DNA of 64,000 nucleotides from Macrostomum lignano (Eukaryota). Below are positions 1 to 17,800 of the stretch, piece after piece. The stretch spans positions 1 to 64,000 of the forward strand of contig NIVC01000365.1 in assembly GCA_002269645.1 (NCBI GenBank). The letters run 5' to 3'. The notes under the pieces were generated by a model, which ran no database searches, was not told the origin of the DNA, and was given only the letters and a program-made list of their open reading frames with translations. Position numbers and translations under genes: made by a program. Position 1 is the stretch's first letter, and each line of letters begins with the position of its first letter.

Positions 1-1818
1 GCCTGCGAGTGCGTGCTGCGGGGCCGTGTGTGCGTGCAATAGAGGGATTAGCGAGTCTTGGCACAGAATGGCAGTAGGAAGGTTGCAACCCCATGCTGAC
101 GCGTCCCTTCGCCCTGAGCAATCTAAACTATAGACAGTACATGTTCGCCTCATACTACTCTTAGTAATCCAATGTAGAGTATTATATCTCCCAGAAAAGT
201 TATTTAAAATTGTTAACGTACTACTTAAATAGTTGTAATTTGAGGAGCATGTATAAGGATATGCGCTGAACCATACATATATTCGAATTAACCAATAGAA
301 AGAGAGAAATCTCGAGCATGCTAATTTTAGAAATCACCAATCACGTGCGACCAACAACTGTCAATTCAAACCCCACCTTCAAGTCATCATTTGGTTTGCA
401 CTCGGGTTGCACCCGGATGAACCAATCAAAGTCTACCAGCTACGGTAACCAATCATGCGCTTTTACAGTAGACTAGTTGCGCAACTTTCTACCCTGTCAT
501 GCTTGACAGCCACCGAATCGTGACCCTTTGACATTTGCAAAGACAGTGATGTACGACCTCGAGAGAGGTCTGAACGCCTATAAATACAAGTGGTCCGGAA
601 CGGACCCGGAGCCACAATTCCTCCGGAAGGAGAAGAGCTCCGAAGAGGAAGCCACTACAGGACTTCCTACAGAAGACTCGTCGAGTTCTTGCGGTAAGCC
701 TTACTCATTTGCGCCTGTGTTTTGAGACGTCTCGTTGGAGTTTAGTTTGAGTCTGTTGAGACTCCTGAGTCTGTCTAGACTCTACTGGTTGCAGTCTCCA
801 GAAGGACTGCCCCTGATAGATCTTAGAAGACTATCAGTGGTTTCCGGAGCTATACCTAGAGTGCATAGAGGCACTGCTAGAAGGAGTAGGCTTATATTAA
901 ACCGCAGTTTGGCGCAGGGTACCCATTGTTAATTTGGAAGCTTCTTATTGGTCCGAACGACAGATACCGGCCGCGCAAAAGAAGAAAAGAGAAACTCGGA
1001 CCAGGACTACAAGTCGAGTCGAATTCAGGCCTGAACTACAGATCGAGATCTACACGAGATCTACGAAGGACTAAAAGAAGGAGAGATATCTCATAAGAAG
1101 TCAAGGTAATTGAATACTTTCGTTTGAATTACTGGGTTGCCTAGCTAAAGAGCTAGAAGTGATTGTTCTTTGATTACCGAAGTCGGGTAATAAGGAACAC
1201 ATCACCAAGTCGCAAGTCAGCCTCGCTCACAGCCACAAAGGATCCCCTGCTGAGAAATCCTCCAGATTGAGCCAGAGTTCCCGATCATGCCCCAAGCAGA
1301 GTCCCTGTACTCGGCTGCATGTGTCTCCCCTGTTGGCCTAAATCTCCTGGTAACCATCCCAGGCGGGGCTCTAGCCTCGAGAGGTCTGGTAGAAAGATCT
1401 AGGTGCGCCAGGTCACATAGAGTGGTGGCAGCCACTCGGTCATACTATGACCGAGTGACCAACTATTGCACCTTGGCTACAGGTGGGGTCCATGTGGGTC
1501 CTTAGCCCTCTGGTCACAAAGCGCTACCAAAGCTATCAATCATGTGGGCGGGACAGTCTGGTGCTGGAGGTCCGTCAGGTCATTGCCCGGTCATAGGCAG
1601 CCTACGGTCATTGCCCCTCTAGTCATGCGTTCGTCTCTCTACGGAGCGGACAGGCGACAAGGGCGGTTACATCAAAGGACTAAAAAATGATTGCCAAGAG
1701 TTACAGACTTCCAGTTCCTTTGCTTGGAAGTTTTACGGTGTTGTATTTTAACTCTCAAAAACTTTACCAGTGTGTGAGACGAAATTTTGATGCAATTCTT
1801 CATCATATCTGTGCAGCT

Positions 1819-3054
1819 TCACACCTGCAGCATCATCCGCATCGAACGGAGGGCCTTCCAGCTTCTAATGCAATAAGAGGCCATGTGGGAGTAACCGGTC
1901 GTCTGCTTGGCTGAGTACACACCGTTCGGGTTGGACGTCATGCAGTGACCCCACCAGTAGCCGCCGCTTCCATATTTGGTGCTGCAGCTGTAAGAATAAG
2001 CGTCGTTGTCCCTGTCGAAGGTGGAGAACTGCTGGCCTCGATGGTGAGACAAAAAGTCGCAGTTGATGGTGGATCTGCCGCTCCCGAAGCTGCCATAGTT
2101 CATCCTGTAGTTCTTGCTGGAGTCTCCAACGTTAAAGCCGAGCCACTCGAACACGTAGAACTCTCCATTGAAAGTCTGGGCCTCGACTCTCAAGTTGCTG
2201 GTGTGGTTCAGTGTGAACTCGTGGATTCTATTCAGTCCTGAGTACAGATGGAGCATATTGCACATTGCTTTTTATTCTTTTTGCACTTGCATTTAAGTGA
2301 AAACTTTAATAGACTCACCGATCCAGAACTCGACGGCATTCCCGAAGCCGCTGACATACTCGCCCCAGGTCCTGTTGAAGGCCACCTCTCCGGTCTGTCT
2401 CTGCTGGAACACCCAGAAGGTCCTGTCCCCGATCTGCTGCTGGTATCCGGGATGCGAAACCGGCAGGAGAGTCTCAGAGGCGGACGTGTGAGTGGGGGAT
2501 GCTGAGGTGCTCTCGGTTTTAGTCGGACCTGCAAACAATGCAAATCTGTGTAGGCCAATGAGTGACTGCTAGCTACCTGGCTATTTGCACGAGTTTGTGC
2601 CTGCAGACTTCGCAACTCACCGCTGCCCGACAGCCTCAGCCGCTCGACCGTCTGCCAGAAGTCCTCGGCCAGCCACACCTCATCGCCGGCCTCGGATCCC
2701 AGCTCACCAAGTCTCGCCGATTCAGGCGAAGCTTCAACCAGCCGCAGAGTCCTGCAGAGGCGGCTGCCGCTATTGAAGGTGGTGAGCGCGCAGTCGCTGG
2801 ACGCGATGACGCACTTGAGCGCGCAGTCCTGTGAGCTGGCTGCGGGTTCGGCAGCGATGACGGAGCTGCCGACGCCGGCGTCCAAAGCGACCGGGCCGGG
2901 CGACTTAACGAGTCTACGGCAGCTGGGAGTCCCGGCGGCTGCAACTGATGGCATAATCGTTGGCATGATGGCATAAATAATTTTGACATAATCGGCGAGA
3001 CTCACCAGCAATGCAGAGGCTCAGAAGCGTGAACAGCTGAGGGCTCATCCGCAT
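1819..3054 (-). CDS. Secreted PAN/apple + fibrinogen-related domain (FReD) protein, copy 1, 4 exons, ~333 aa
   Basis: Exons 3054-3006 (MRMSPQLFTLLSLCIA signal peptide), 2944-2621 (CALKC...FNSGSRLC PAN-like), 2528-2319 (S/T linker, FQQRQTGEVAFNRTWGEYVSGFG), 2237-1819 (FSTFDRDND, GGYWWGHC, SNPNG, MRMMLQV*). GT-AG junctions, all phase 1. Confidence 0.85.
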
Positions 3055-3503
3055 CCTGATGAAGGTTTTCCAAGACGTGGGTGTCTAAACTGCCAGGCTC
3101 CCCGTTTCTGCGAGCGCATGCCTCGTTGTTTGGATTTTTATCTCCAAAAATCTTGAAGCAGCTTGTCAGAAAGAAACCTGCCTCCAGGAAGTGATGCAGG
3201 AGAGCTGCTTGAGTGGCAATCAACTCTGCGTGCTCTTCGGGACACCTGGACACCAAGTATTTTAGTGCGATGAGAATGCTGACAGAATCCCAGAAGACTG
3301 TCCTCTGCATTGCACCAGATGTGCTGAATTGTCAATTCCATCTGTCGTGCAGTGGCAGTTGTGGCGGTGAAATCGGTACCCTCGAATAAATGCAGAAAAA
3401 TGCTGGCATCACTCATACCCGTATCCAATTTGATTGCCAGTGAGAATTGCTTTTGTGTCGAGTCGGGAGCACGAGAATTTCCCGCAGGTCGTTTTCCAGT
3501 GGG

Positions 3504-3767
3504 CAGGCGCGTCGCCACCGGGGGGACAGAGGGGACATGCCCCCCACGGTAAAAGCTATGGGGGACATGCCAATGCTTTTTCCCCCACCCCACCTTGTGA
3601 CCCGTTGTGGTAATCAATAATAAATGGAGTGCCTGCGGCGCCAAAATGAGTGCTGACAACACGATTCTTTAAATAATGGATATGTAGGAATTTAGTCATA
3701 TACATGCATGTATACGTTGAATTCTTGGCTTTGTCCCCCCACCATAAAATCCATGGCGACGCCATTG
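3504..3767. mobile_element. hAT-like MITE
   Basis: Ends CAGGCGCGTCGCCA...TGGCGACGCCATTG; flanking 8-mers CCAGTGGG (3496-3503) and CCAGTAGG (3768-3775) match 7/8, as for a hAT target-site duplication. Confidence 0.6.
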
Positions 3768-4171
3768 CCAGTAGGAATTTCAAGTCAAATCCAGTCGGAT
3801 TTGATCGCTAGTCTAGTCTTGCTCTAATCTAGTCTAGTGTAGTATAGTCGACTCTATAGACTGGATTAACTATAAACGGGAAAAGCTCCCGCGGGAAAAC
3901 CACCTGCGGAAAAAATCTCATAGACCCCTTCTCGGCGACAGGTTTTTTTGACGAGCTGTCATCCAGCTGTCGATATTCTGTCAAACTTGCTTTTTGGCGT
4001 TTTTATCGTGACATGTGGAAAATTACTACGGCAACAAGGTTGATTGATTGACAGGTGTGTGAAGACTGGTTTGAGGTTTGAATGGAATTCCGTATTTATA
4101 CTCCGTGTCTGCTACTTGTGAGTAGAGTTTTAAAAGTTAGTCCAATTTTTTAATCAAATATTTGTTTGACG

Positions 4172-4447
4172 AGGGGGTTGCAGCCTAGTGGTTAGAGCGT
4201 CGGACTCACGAATGAAAGGTCGGGGTTTCGATTCTCGACCCACTTGGAGCAGTTTGTGTCCTTGAGCAAGATACTTAACTCTGCATTGCTTCAGTTCACC
4301 CAGCTGTAAATTGGGGTGCCAGCATTAGCTGGGGTAATTGAGGAGGTGTGGCGAACCAACAGTCCTTGGACTGAACAGCCGTACGCAGCCTTCAGGCTGA
4401 GATGTCTGGCCCAATTGGGGCAGGTGTACTCAATTATTATTATTATT
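4172..4447 (+). mobile_element. tRNA-derived CORE-type SINE
   Basis: A-box-like TAGTGGTTAGAGCG, B-box-like GGTTTCGATTC, then TGTGTCCTTGAGCAAGATACTTAACTCTG...CAGCTGTAAATTGGG resembling the MIR CORE domain, (ATT)n tail. Second copy near 48015-48290. Confidence 0.75.
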
Positions 4448-4792
4448 GATCTCTACACGTTCTCGACTAGTTCAAGCCTGATGAGACACAAAATACCATT
4501 TGCATTAATAAGAATCTTTCTTCCCATTCCGCCGACTAATCAATAAAAAATCAATAGAAAATCAAAAGCTAAAATTTATGGCTCACAGAGCAGAAATGCC
4601 TGGCCAAAGAAGCACACTCTCAAGCTCCGTCACCCTAGTGAGGGCTGTATTTGACTCGCTCGCATCATAGGCAGTCAAAATGCTAAAAGCATCAACAGGT
4701 GATAAATATGAATGCGAATTCAGCTAACAAGAACAACAGGTAGGACCAATTATAATTATAATGGCTTCAGTTGCTGCAATCTGGCACCGAAT

Positions 4793-6669
4793 TCACGCTG
4801 TGCCAGTCAGTTTGCTGATCACTTCGGATTTTTTTGAGGACTGCTGCTGCTGCTGCTGGTGCTGGAGCAGCTCCTGGTGCTGAATGAAGATGTCCTTGAA
4901 GGCGTAGTCAGCATCGGGCACGGGCACCCTGTTGAGGTACTGGTCCAACAGGTCGTACCTCTTGTAGGCCTTTGAGAATTCGATTGCTTTGGCAACGTCT
5001 TTGTCGCTCAGGTAGCTGTACAGGTGCTCCAGGTCTATGCCCTGGTAGCCGTGCAGGTGCCACTTGCACATCCAGGGTGGAGGGTTCAGCCGCACCTGGA
5101 GGGCAGAATTCCGGATGCTTGCATGTAACTTAGGTAGTATTAGACCTACACGTATGTTGACAAGACTTGTTTGTGTCACCCAGGATTCGAGCTAAGGACT
5201 TAGATCGACCGCCCGGCAGATTAGAACTCTCAAACTCAGGACTGATGGTGAGCACTGGGATTCGAACTCGGGACTGATGGTGAGCACTAGGATTCGAACT
5301 CGGGACTGATGGTGAGCACTAGGATTCGAATTCGGGACTGATGATAATCTCTGGAATTCAAATTCAGGACTGATGCACTGGGATTCGAACTCGGTACTGA
5401 TGGTGATTCGAATCCCACTCACCCGCTCCCTATTGACGGGCACCGGGTCGTTGCGCGAATACGGTTCCGGCACCATGTCGAAGGGGATCGTGCAGTGACT
5501 ATGCGGCGCGTCCATCAGGTACAGCAGGTTGTCGTCAAGGCGACGCTCGAGCTTCAGCAGCTGGATGGACACGATGCTGGGGCTGTAGAGCTCGTATTCG
5601 ATCTGCACGCACACCTGGTCGACCATATTGCGCAGGGTGAATGTGGTGAAGAGGCCGGTGTGCCTGCGCAGGATGCACAGGCCAACAAAACGGTTCACCT
5701 GGCGGAGGGTTGGAACGAGCAATGAGATTCGCTACTCAGTGTAGTGAGTAGTATATTGCATGTTAGATGTCAGATCTTAGCATGTGCAATGGGAGCCCAG
5801 CAGATAGAGAATGACCGTTGAAAAGGCCATTCCTTGTGATTTAAAGGGCGATTCTTTGAGATTTAGGGGCAATTCTTTGAGATTGAAGGGGCGATTCTTT
5901 GAGATTGAAAGGGCGATTCTTTGAGATTGAAGGGGCGATTCTTTGAGATTGAAAGGGCGATTCTTTGAGATTGAAGGGGCGATTCTTTGAGATTGAAAGG
6001 GCGATTCTTTGAGATTGAAGGGGCGATTCTTTGAGATTGAAAGGGCGATTCCTTGGGATTGAAGGGGCGATTCCTTGGGATTGAAGGGGCGATTCTTTGG
6101 AATTGAAGGGGCGATTAAGGAGTTAAGTCAGCAGATTGATCGAAGCGAAAGGAAGGCCCGCCAACCTTGTTAGGCGCGTGCTTGTCCATCACGCTGACGG
6201 CAAGAATGGAGCCGACGTGGAACTCCGGAATGTTGATGACCCGCCGTCGCCGCATCATCTCGGCCCGGTGCAGCGACTCCACAATGGGGTCGCGGTAGTC
6301 CTGGCTCACTATGGGTGGCAGCGCCTCCTGGTACAGCCGCTTGATCTCCGGCGGCACCTCGGCCTGCTGGTCGGCTGCCTTGGCCCGGCTGTGGTCCGGC
6401 CCGATGCCCGACAGGCGCCAGAACTCCTTCATGGCCTCCGGCGACAGGCGCGGCTTGTACACCCGCGCAATTCCGGCCGGAGCCAGCGGCGGCCCTGGCG
6501 GCACGGCTGGAGATGCGGCTGCTGATGCAGCGGCGATGGAGGCTGGACAGGCGAAGCGGCGAACCGGTGGGCGGCGGTCACTCGGCAGCCGAAGAGGAAC
6601 CTGGAGCCCAGGGACAGGGCGCAGCTGCCAGCTGCTGCTGATGGCGCTGGTGGCATCTCTAGCTGGATG
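4793..6669 (-). CDS. MRPL19: Mitochondrial ribosomal protein L19, 3 coding exons; start codon uncertain
   Basis: Exons ~6669-6166, 5698-5423, 5095-4793, phase 0, GT-AG. Motifs RRRVINIPEFHVGSILAV, FVGLCI.R...GL..TFTLRN, EYELYSPSI..I.LLKLERRLDDNLLYL.DAP, PPPW. No in-frame ATG ahead of the transit-peptide-like segment. Confidence 0.9.
5239..5410. repeat. 32-bp minisatellite, ~5 copies, MRPL19 intron 2
   Basis: GGACTGATGGTGAGCACTAGGATTCGAACTCG recurs at 5239, 5271, 5303. Confidence 0.85.
5841..6116. repeat. 22-bp minisatellite, ~12 copies, MRPL19 intron 1
   Basis: GGGCGATTCTTTGAGATTGAA(A/G) in tandem. Confidence 0.9.
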
Positions 6670-6696
6670 CTGGCAGCATGAACAGGAGTTTGGCCC

Positions 6697-7177
6697 TGTG
6701 ATCTGTGCTGTGACTGGCACTGTGATCTGTGCATGCTGTGACTGGCACTGTGATCTGTGCATGCTGTGACTGGCACTGTGATCTGTGCATGCTGTGACTG
6801 GCACTGTGATCTGTGCTGTGACTGGCACTGTGATCTGTGCTGTGACTGGCACTGTGATCTGTGCTGTGACTGGCACTGATCTGTGCTGTGACTGGAACTG
6901 TGATCTGTGCTGTGACTGGCACTGTGATCTGTGCTGTGACTGGCACTGATCTGTGCTGTGACTGGAACTGTGATCTGTGCTGTGACTGGCACTGTGATCT
7001 GTGCTGTGACTGGCACTGATCTGTGCTGTGACTGGCACTGTGATCTGTGCTGTGACTGGCACTGATCTGTGCTGTGACTGGCACTGATCTGTGCTGTGAC
7101 TGGCACTGTGATCTGTGCATGCTGTGACTGGCACTGTGATCTGTGCATGCTGTGACTGGCACTGTGATCTGTGCATG
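6697..7177. repeat. 22/24/28-bp minisatellite between CAPN7 and MRPL19
   Basis: GTGATCTGTGC(ATGC)TGTGACTGGCACT units; explains the repetitive ORFs on the track. Confidence 0.95.
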
Positions 7178-8212
7178 CCTAGGTTATTATACTCTAAATT
7201 TGAAGAACATTGATCATGAAAGTATTTAGTAAGTCACAGAATAATATTTAGGTTAAAGAACATATTTTAAACACATTTATTTACAATTCAAACTTAAATA
7301 TTAATTTGTTATCTGCACACACACACAGAATAACAAATCAAAGAAGGCTCTTAAGCAAGATAAAATAAGCAGAGTTAACTCAAACACAATCTAATAGCAA
7401 TCAGCTGCAAATGTACTTTAAATGATACTTTTAGTAAGTAAATTTCAGATCTGAATAAAGTACAGTGGCAATCAATAGCAAATTGGGTACCTGGAAACTA
7501 TTTATATTTATAAGTCGAGCACCAGAGGCAAAAATAAAATTCAATTCACAAGTCGCGCACAATGCGCAGCTCCAGCATAACTCTCTGTTTGCGAGTTAAT
7601 ATAAGCCCGGAAGAAAGCATCACAGAACTCATAGGTTGGTTGATGCTAATGACTTATTATTACAATACTTCGAAGTTAACAAGGCAAATTACTGAGTTGC
7701 CAAAAGTGTCCTCATAGTGTCCTATATGATCCTCAAACCAATAAAAATTTTAAATAAACTTAAAAACAGGAGGTTAAGTACATAGTCAACAGCAGTAACA
7801 CTTTTATTCTAAGTAATTCAAACGGGCCTCACTATTGATATGTTGCAAAATTAACTTTGAAAAACTACTGCAAAGCCTTTATTTGAAGATCAAAGCTCAG
7901 GGTCTTAAATTTATGTCAGATCAACTTGTCACTTTGTTTACGGTATATAAGAGTCAACCTAATTTTCTAAACTACCGATATGTAGCGCAATCAACTTTAA
8001 ACTAAGCAATTTGTTAAGTGCTGTGATGAACCCCAAATTTGCAGGTGGGAAAATTTGTTATTATATGTTTTTAAGTAGATTGAATTTAGAAACAATTTTA
8101 GTATATAGAATTCTGAAACTACCGATATGTAGCGTAACCAACTTATCAGCCAAGAAGAAATATGAATTTTCTGAGAAACATGAAATTTTTACTCAGGTGA
8201 CGGTCCGGCCCG

Positions 8213-13322
<5,110 letters not shown>

Positions 13323-13424
13323 GCTCTATAACAGTGCGGCCGCGGGCCCGCTGCGACAGGCAGGAGGGGTCCGCGTGTGCACTTTTACACTGCTGAGCAT
13401 TCTCTAGCTTTCAGGTTGTCTCTG

Positions 13425-13985
13425 AGCACACTTCTCAGCTTAATCTCCTCTCCTCTCAGCCTAATCTCCTCTTCTCTCAGCCAAAGTTTCTCTCCTATCA
13501 GCCTAATCTCCTCTCCTCTCAGCCTAATCTCCTCTTCTCTCAGCCCAATCTCCTTTTCTCTCAGCCTAATCTCCTCTTCTCTCAGCCAAAGTTTCTCTCC
13601 TATCAGCCTAATCTCCTCTCCTCTCAGCCTAATCTCCTCTTCTCTCAGCCCAATCTCCTCTCCTCTCAGCCCAAGCTTCTCTCCTCTCAGCCTAACCCTC
13701 ACTCCTCTCAGCCTAATCTCCTCTCCTCTCAGCCTAATCTCCTCTCCTCTCAGCCTAAGCTTCTCTCCTCTCAGCCTAATCTCATTTCCTCTCAGCCTAA
13801 TCTCTCCTCTCAGCCTAATCTCCTCTCCTCTCAGCCTAAGCTTCTCTCCTCTCAGCCTATATCCTCTCAGCCTAACCTTCACTTCTCTCAGCCTAATCTC
13901 CTTTCCTCTCAGCCTAATCTCTCCTCTCAGTTTAATCTCCTCCTATTAGCCTAATCTCCTCCTATTAGCCTAATCTCCTCTATAA
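13425..13985. repeat. ~21-bp pyrimidine-rich minisatellite between TRAPPC5 and CAPN7
   Basis: CTCTCAGCCTAATCTCCTCTC and variants. Confidence 0.9.
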
Positions 13986-14310
13986 TCATCCTAAACGTAC
14001 CTTATCTCTGAGGCCTCTCTACTTCACCGCCTCTCAGCAGTCTGCTTATCAGAATTCTTTTAACAATTATACTGAATCCTTTTTTAACTCTACTACTTCT
14101 TGTAAGTAGCAAAGAAGCGAAAACCAACACAAACTCGCTTAGAGTATTTCGGCTCACAAGTACAGAATTTATTGCCATAATTGTACACGTATTTCATATC
14201 ACAAACAAGCAGAGACGCTCAACAATGCCAATGGAATACTGCATACAATATAATATTGAGACAGGGTCGCAATTTTAGTTTTAACAATCATGGGTTTATT
14301 GACTAATCAA

Positions 14311-14871
14311 TCAACGAGAGTCCAGCGACCGGTCCCTGGTGAGCACTGAGGGCTCAAACTTCACCTCATAATAGGTGACATCGTTGGAGAAGAACGTGGC
14401 CACCTGGCACTGGAAGCCGGCGGAGCACAGGGCCCCCTCCAGCACGCCGCCGATGAAAGCGGCGCAGTTCACGTTGGTGTCGGCCTTCTGGCTGAAGGAC
14501 ACGAACCTGTTGGTGACGGGCTCCCGCTCAACAAAGTAGAAGGTTCGCTCGTCGTCGGTGCTCTGCTCAAGGTCGTCGCAGTCCTTGCCGAACAGCATCC
14601 GCCACAGGCTGGATTTCACCAGGAACAGCGCGTTCTTCAGCCGGAGCTCGCGGCGGCCATTGCGCTCGCGGAAGAACAGCAGGTCCAGCGACCGGCTGCC
14701 GATGTGGCGGCCGAAGTCCGCCAGCTTGGACTGCAGCTCCTGCACTGTGCGAGAGCGGCCGTTCGAGTACTTGATCATCTCGGACAGCAGCAGGCTGAAG
14801 GTGGCCAGCGGCAGGTCCGTCTTGGGGCGGAGCAGCGACCGGTCTAGCGGAGATCGGGATAGCTGCGACAT
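14311..14871 (-). CDS. TRAPPC5: TRAPP complex subunit 5, single coding exon, 186 aa
   Basis: LATFSLLLSEMIKYS, LWRMLFGK.CDDLE, EREPVTNRFVS, NCAAFIGGVLEGAL...GF.C.V are Bet3-fold TRAPPC5/Trs31 motifs. Confidence 0.95.
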   Translation of the reverse strand: MSQLSRSPLDRSLLRPKTDLPLATFSLLLSEMIKYSNGRSRTVQELQSKLADFGRHIGSRSLDLLFFRERNGRRELRLKNALFLVKSSLWRMLFGKDCDDLEQSTDDERTFYFVEREPVTNRFVSFSQKADTNVNCAAFIGGVLEGALCSAGFQCQVATFFSNDVTYYEVKFEPSVLTRDRSLDSR

Positions 14872-14883
14872 GCTTAGCGGGGC

Positions 14884-17800
14884 ATCGGTAGATTGCGGAG
14901 TGAATCGGTAGATTGCGGAGTGAATCGGTAGATGTTGGAGTGAATCGGTAGATGTTGGAGTGAATCGGTAGATGTTGGAGTGAATCGGTAGATTGCGGAG
15001 TGAATCGGTAGATTGTGGAGTGAATCGGTAGATGTTGGAGTGAATCGGTAGATGTTGGAGTGAATCGGTAGATGTTGGGGTGAATCGGTAGATTGCGGAG
15101 TGAATCGGTAGATGTTGGAGTGAATCGGTAGATGTTGGAGTGAATCGGTAGATTGTGGAGGGAATCGGTAGATTGTGGAGTGAATCGGTAGATTGTGGAG
15201 GGAATCGGTAGATTGTGGAGTGAATCGGTAGATTTTGGAGTGAATCGGTAGATTGTGGAGTGAATCGGTAGATTTTGGAGTGAATCGGTAGATTGTGGAG
15301 TGAATCGGTAGATGTTGGAGTGAATCGGTAGATGTTGGAGTGAATCGGTAGATTGCGGAGTAAATCGGTAGATTGCGAAGTGAATCGGTAGATTGTTGAG
15401 TTAATCAGTAGATTGCGGGAGTGAATCGGTAGATTGTTGAGTGAATCAGTAGATTGCGGAGTGAATCGGTAGATTGCGAAGTGAATCGGTAGATTGCGGA
15501 GTGAATCGGTAGATGTTGGAGTGAATCGGTAGATGTTGGAGTGAATCGGTAGATGTTGGAGTGAATCGGTAGATTGCGGAGTGAATCGGTAGATTGCGAA
15601 GTGAATCGGTAGATTGTTGAGTGAATCAGTAGATTGCGGGAGTGAATCGGTAGATTGCGGAGTGAACGGTAGATTGCGGAGTGAATCGGTAGATTGCGGA
15701 GTGAATCGGTAGATTGTTGAGTGAATCGGTAGATGTTGGAGTGAATCGGTAGATTGCGGAGTGAATCGGTAGATTGTAGAGTGAATCGGTAGATGTTGGA
15801 GTGAATCGGTAGATGTTGGAGTGAATCGGTAGATGTTGGAGTGAATCGGTAGATGTTGGAGTGAATCGGTAGATTGCGGAGTGAATCGGTAGATGTTGGA
15901 GTGAATCGGTAGATTGTGGAGTGAATCGGTAGATTGTGGAGTGAATCGGTAGATTGTGGAGTGAATCGGTAGATGTTGGAGTGAATCGGTAGATTGGAGT
16001 GAATCGGTAGATTGTGGAGTGAATCGGTAGATGTTGGAGTGAATCGGTAGATGTTGGAGTGAATCGGTAGATGTTGGAGTGAATCGGTAGATGTTGGAGT
16101 GAATCGGTAGATGTTGGAGTGAATCGGTAGATTGGAGTGAATCGGTAGATTGTGGAGTGAATCGGTAGATTGTGGAGGGAATCGGTAGATTGTGGAGTGA
16201 ATCGGTAGATGTTGGAGTGAATCGGTAGATTGCGGAGTGAATCGGTAGATTGTGGAGTGAATCGGTAGATGTTGGAGTGAATCGGTAGATTTTGGAGTGA
16301 ATCGGTAGATGTTGGAGTGAATCGGTAGATGTTGGAGTGAATCGGTAGATTGTGGAGGGAATCGGTAGATTGTGGAGTGAATCGGTAGATTGTGGAGTGA
16401 ATCGGTAGATTGTGGAGTGAATCGGTAGATGTTGGAGTGAATCGGTAGATTGCGGAGTGAATCGGTAGATGATGGAGTGAATCGGTAGATGTTGGAGTGA
16501 ATCGGTAGATGTTGGAGTGAATCGGTAGATTGCGGAGTGAATCGGTAGATGTTGGAGTGAATCGGTAGATTGTGGAGGGAATCGGTAGATTGTGGAGTGA
16601 ATCGGTAGATTGTGGAGTGAATCGGTAGATGTTGGAGTGAATTGGTAGATTGCGGAGTGAATCGGTAGATTGTGGAGTGAATCGGTAGATGTTGGAGTGA
16701 ATCGGTAGATGTTGGAGTGAATCGGTAGATGTTGGGGTGAATCGGTAGATTGCGGAGTGAATCGGTAGATGTTGGAGTGAATCGGTAGATGTTGGAGTGA
16801 ATCGGTAGATTGTGGAGGGAATCGGTAGATTGTGGAGTGAATCGGTAGATTGTGGAGGGAATCGGTAGATTGTGGAGTGAATCGGTAGATGTTGGAGTGA
16901 ATCGGTAGATTGCGGAGTGAATCGGTAGATTGTGGAGTGAATCGGTAGATGTTGGAGTGAATCGGTAGATGTTGGAGTGAATCGGTAGATTGCGGAGTAA
17001 ATCAGTAGATTGCAAAGTGAATCGGTAGATTGTTGAGTTAATCAGTAGATTGCGGGAGTGAATCGGTAGATTGTTGAGTGAATCAGTAGATTGCGGAGTG
17101 AATCGGTAGATTGCGAAGTGAATCGGTAGATTGCGGAGTGAATCGGTAGATGTTGGAGTGAATCGGTAGATGTTGGAGTGAATCGGTAGATGTTGGAGTG
17201 AATCGGTAGATTGCGGAGTGAATCGGTAGATTGCGAAGTGAATCGGTAGATTGTTGAGTGAATCAGTAGATTGTTGAGTGAATCGGTAGATTGCGGAGTG
17301 AATCGGTAGATTGCGGAGTGAATCGGTAGATTGTTGAGTGAATCGGTAGATGTTGGAGTGAATCGGTAGATTGCGGAGTGAATCGGTAGATTGTAGAGTG
17401 AATCGGTAGATGTTGGAGTGAATCGGTAGATGTTGGAGTGAATCGGTAGATGTTGGAGTGAATCGGTAGATGTTGGAGTGAATCGGTAGATGTTGGAGTG
17501 AATCGGTAGATTGCGGAGTGAATCGGTAGATGTTGGAGTGAATCGGTAGATTGTGGAGGGAATCGGTAGATTGTGGAGTGAATCGGTAGATTGTGGAGGG
17601 AATCGGTAGATTGTGGAGTGAATCGGTAGATTGTGGAGTGAATCGGTAGATTGTGGAGTGAATCGGTAGATGTTGGAGTGAATCGGTAGATTGCGGAGTG
17701 AATCGGTAGATGTTGGAGTGAATCGGTAGATGTTGGAGTGAATCGGTAGATGTTGGAGTGAATCGGTAGATTGCGGAGTGAATCGGTAGATGTTGGAGTG

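Noticed and set aside
528-932. Short ORFs 528-725 and 735-932
   Set aside because: No motifs, non-ATG starts, overlap promoter-like and splice-like signals.
4172-4245. tRNA-like sequences here, at 43871 and at 62771
   Set aside because: No complete cloverleaf; they continue into SINE bodies.
1819-4793. FReD copy 1 as a fifth member of the candidate operon
   Set aside because: Same strand, but no acceptor abutting its ATG, no array in the spacer, and short repeat-free introns suggest independent transcription.
15405-17015. 536-aa ORF, and similar ORFs at 6115-7176 (5' part), 8578-9026, 10107-10777, 13377-13949, 23949-24713, 49699-50496, 53647-54483, 59306-60157
   Set aside because: Stop-free frames through tandem repeats lying in introns or spacers defined by GT-AG junctions.
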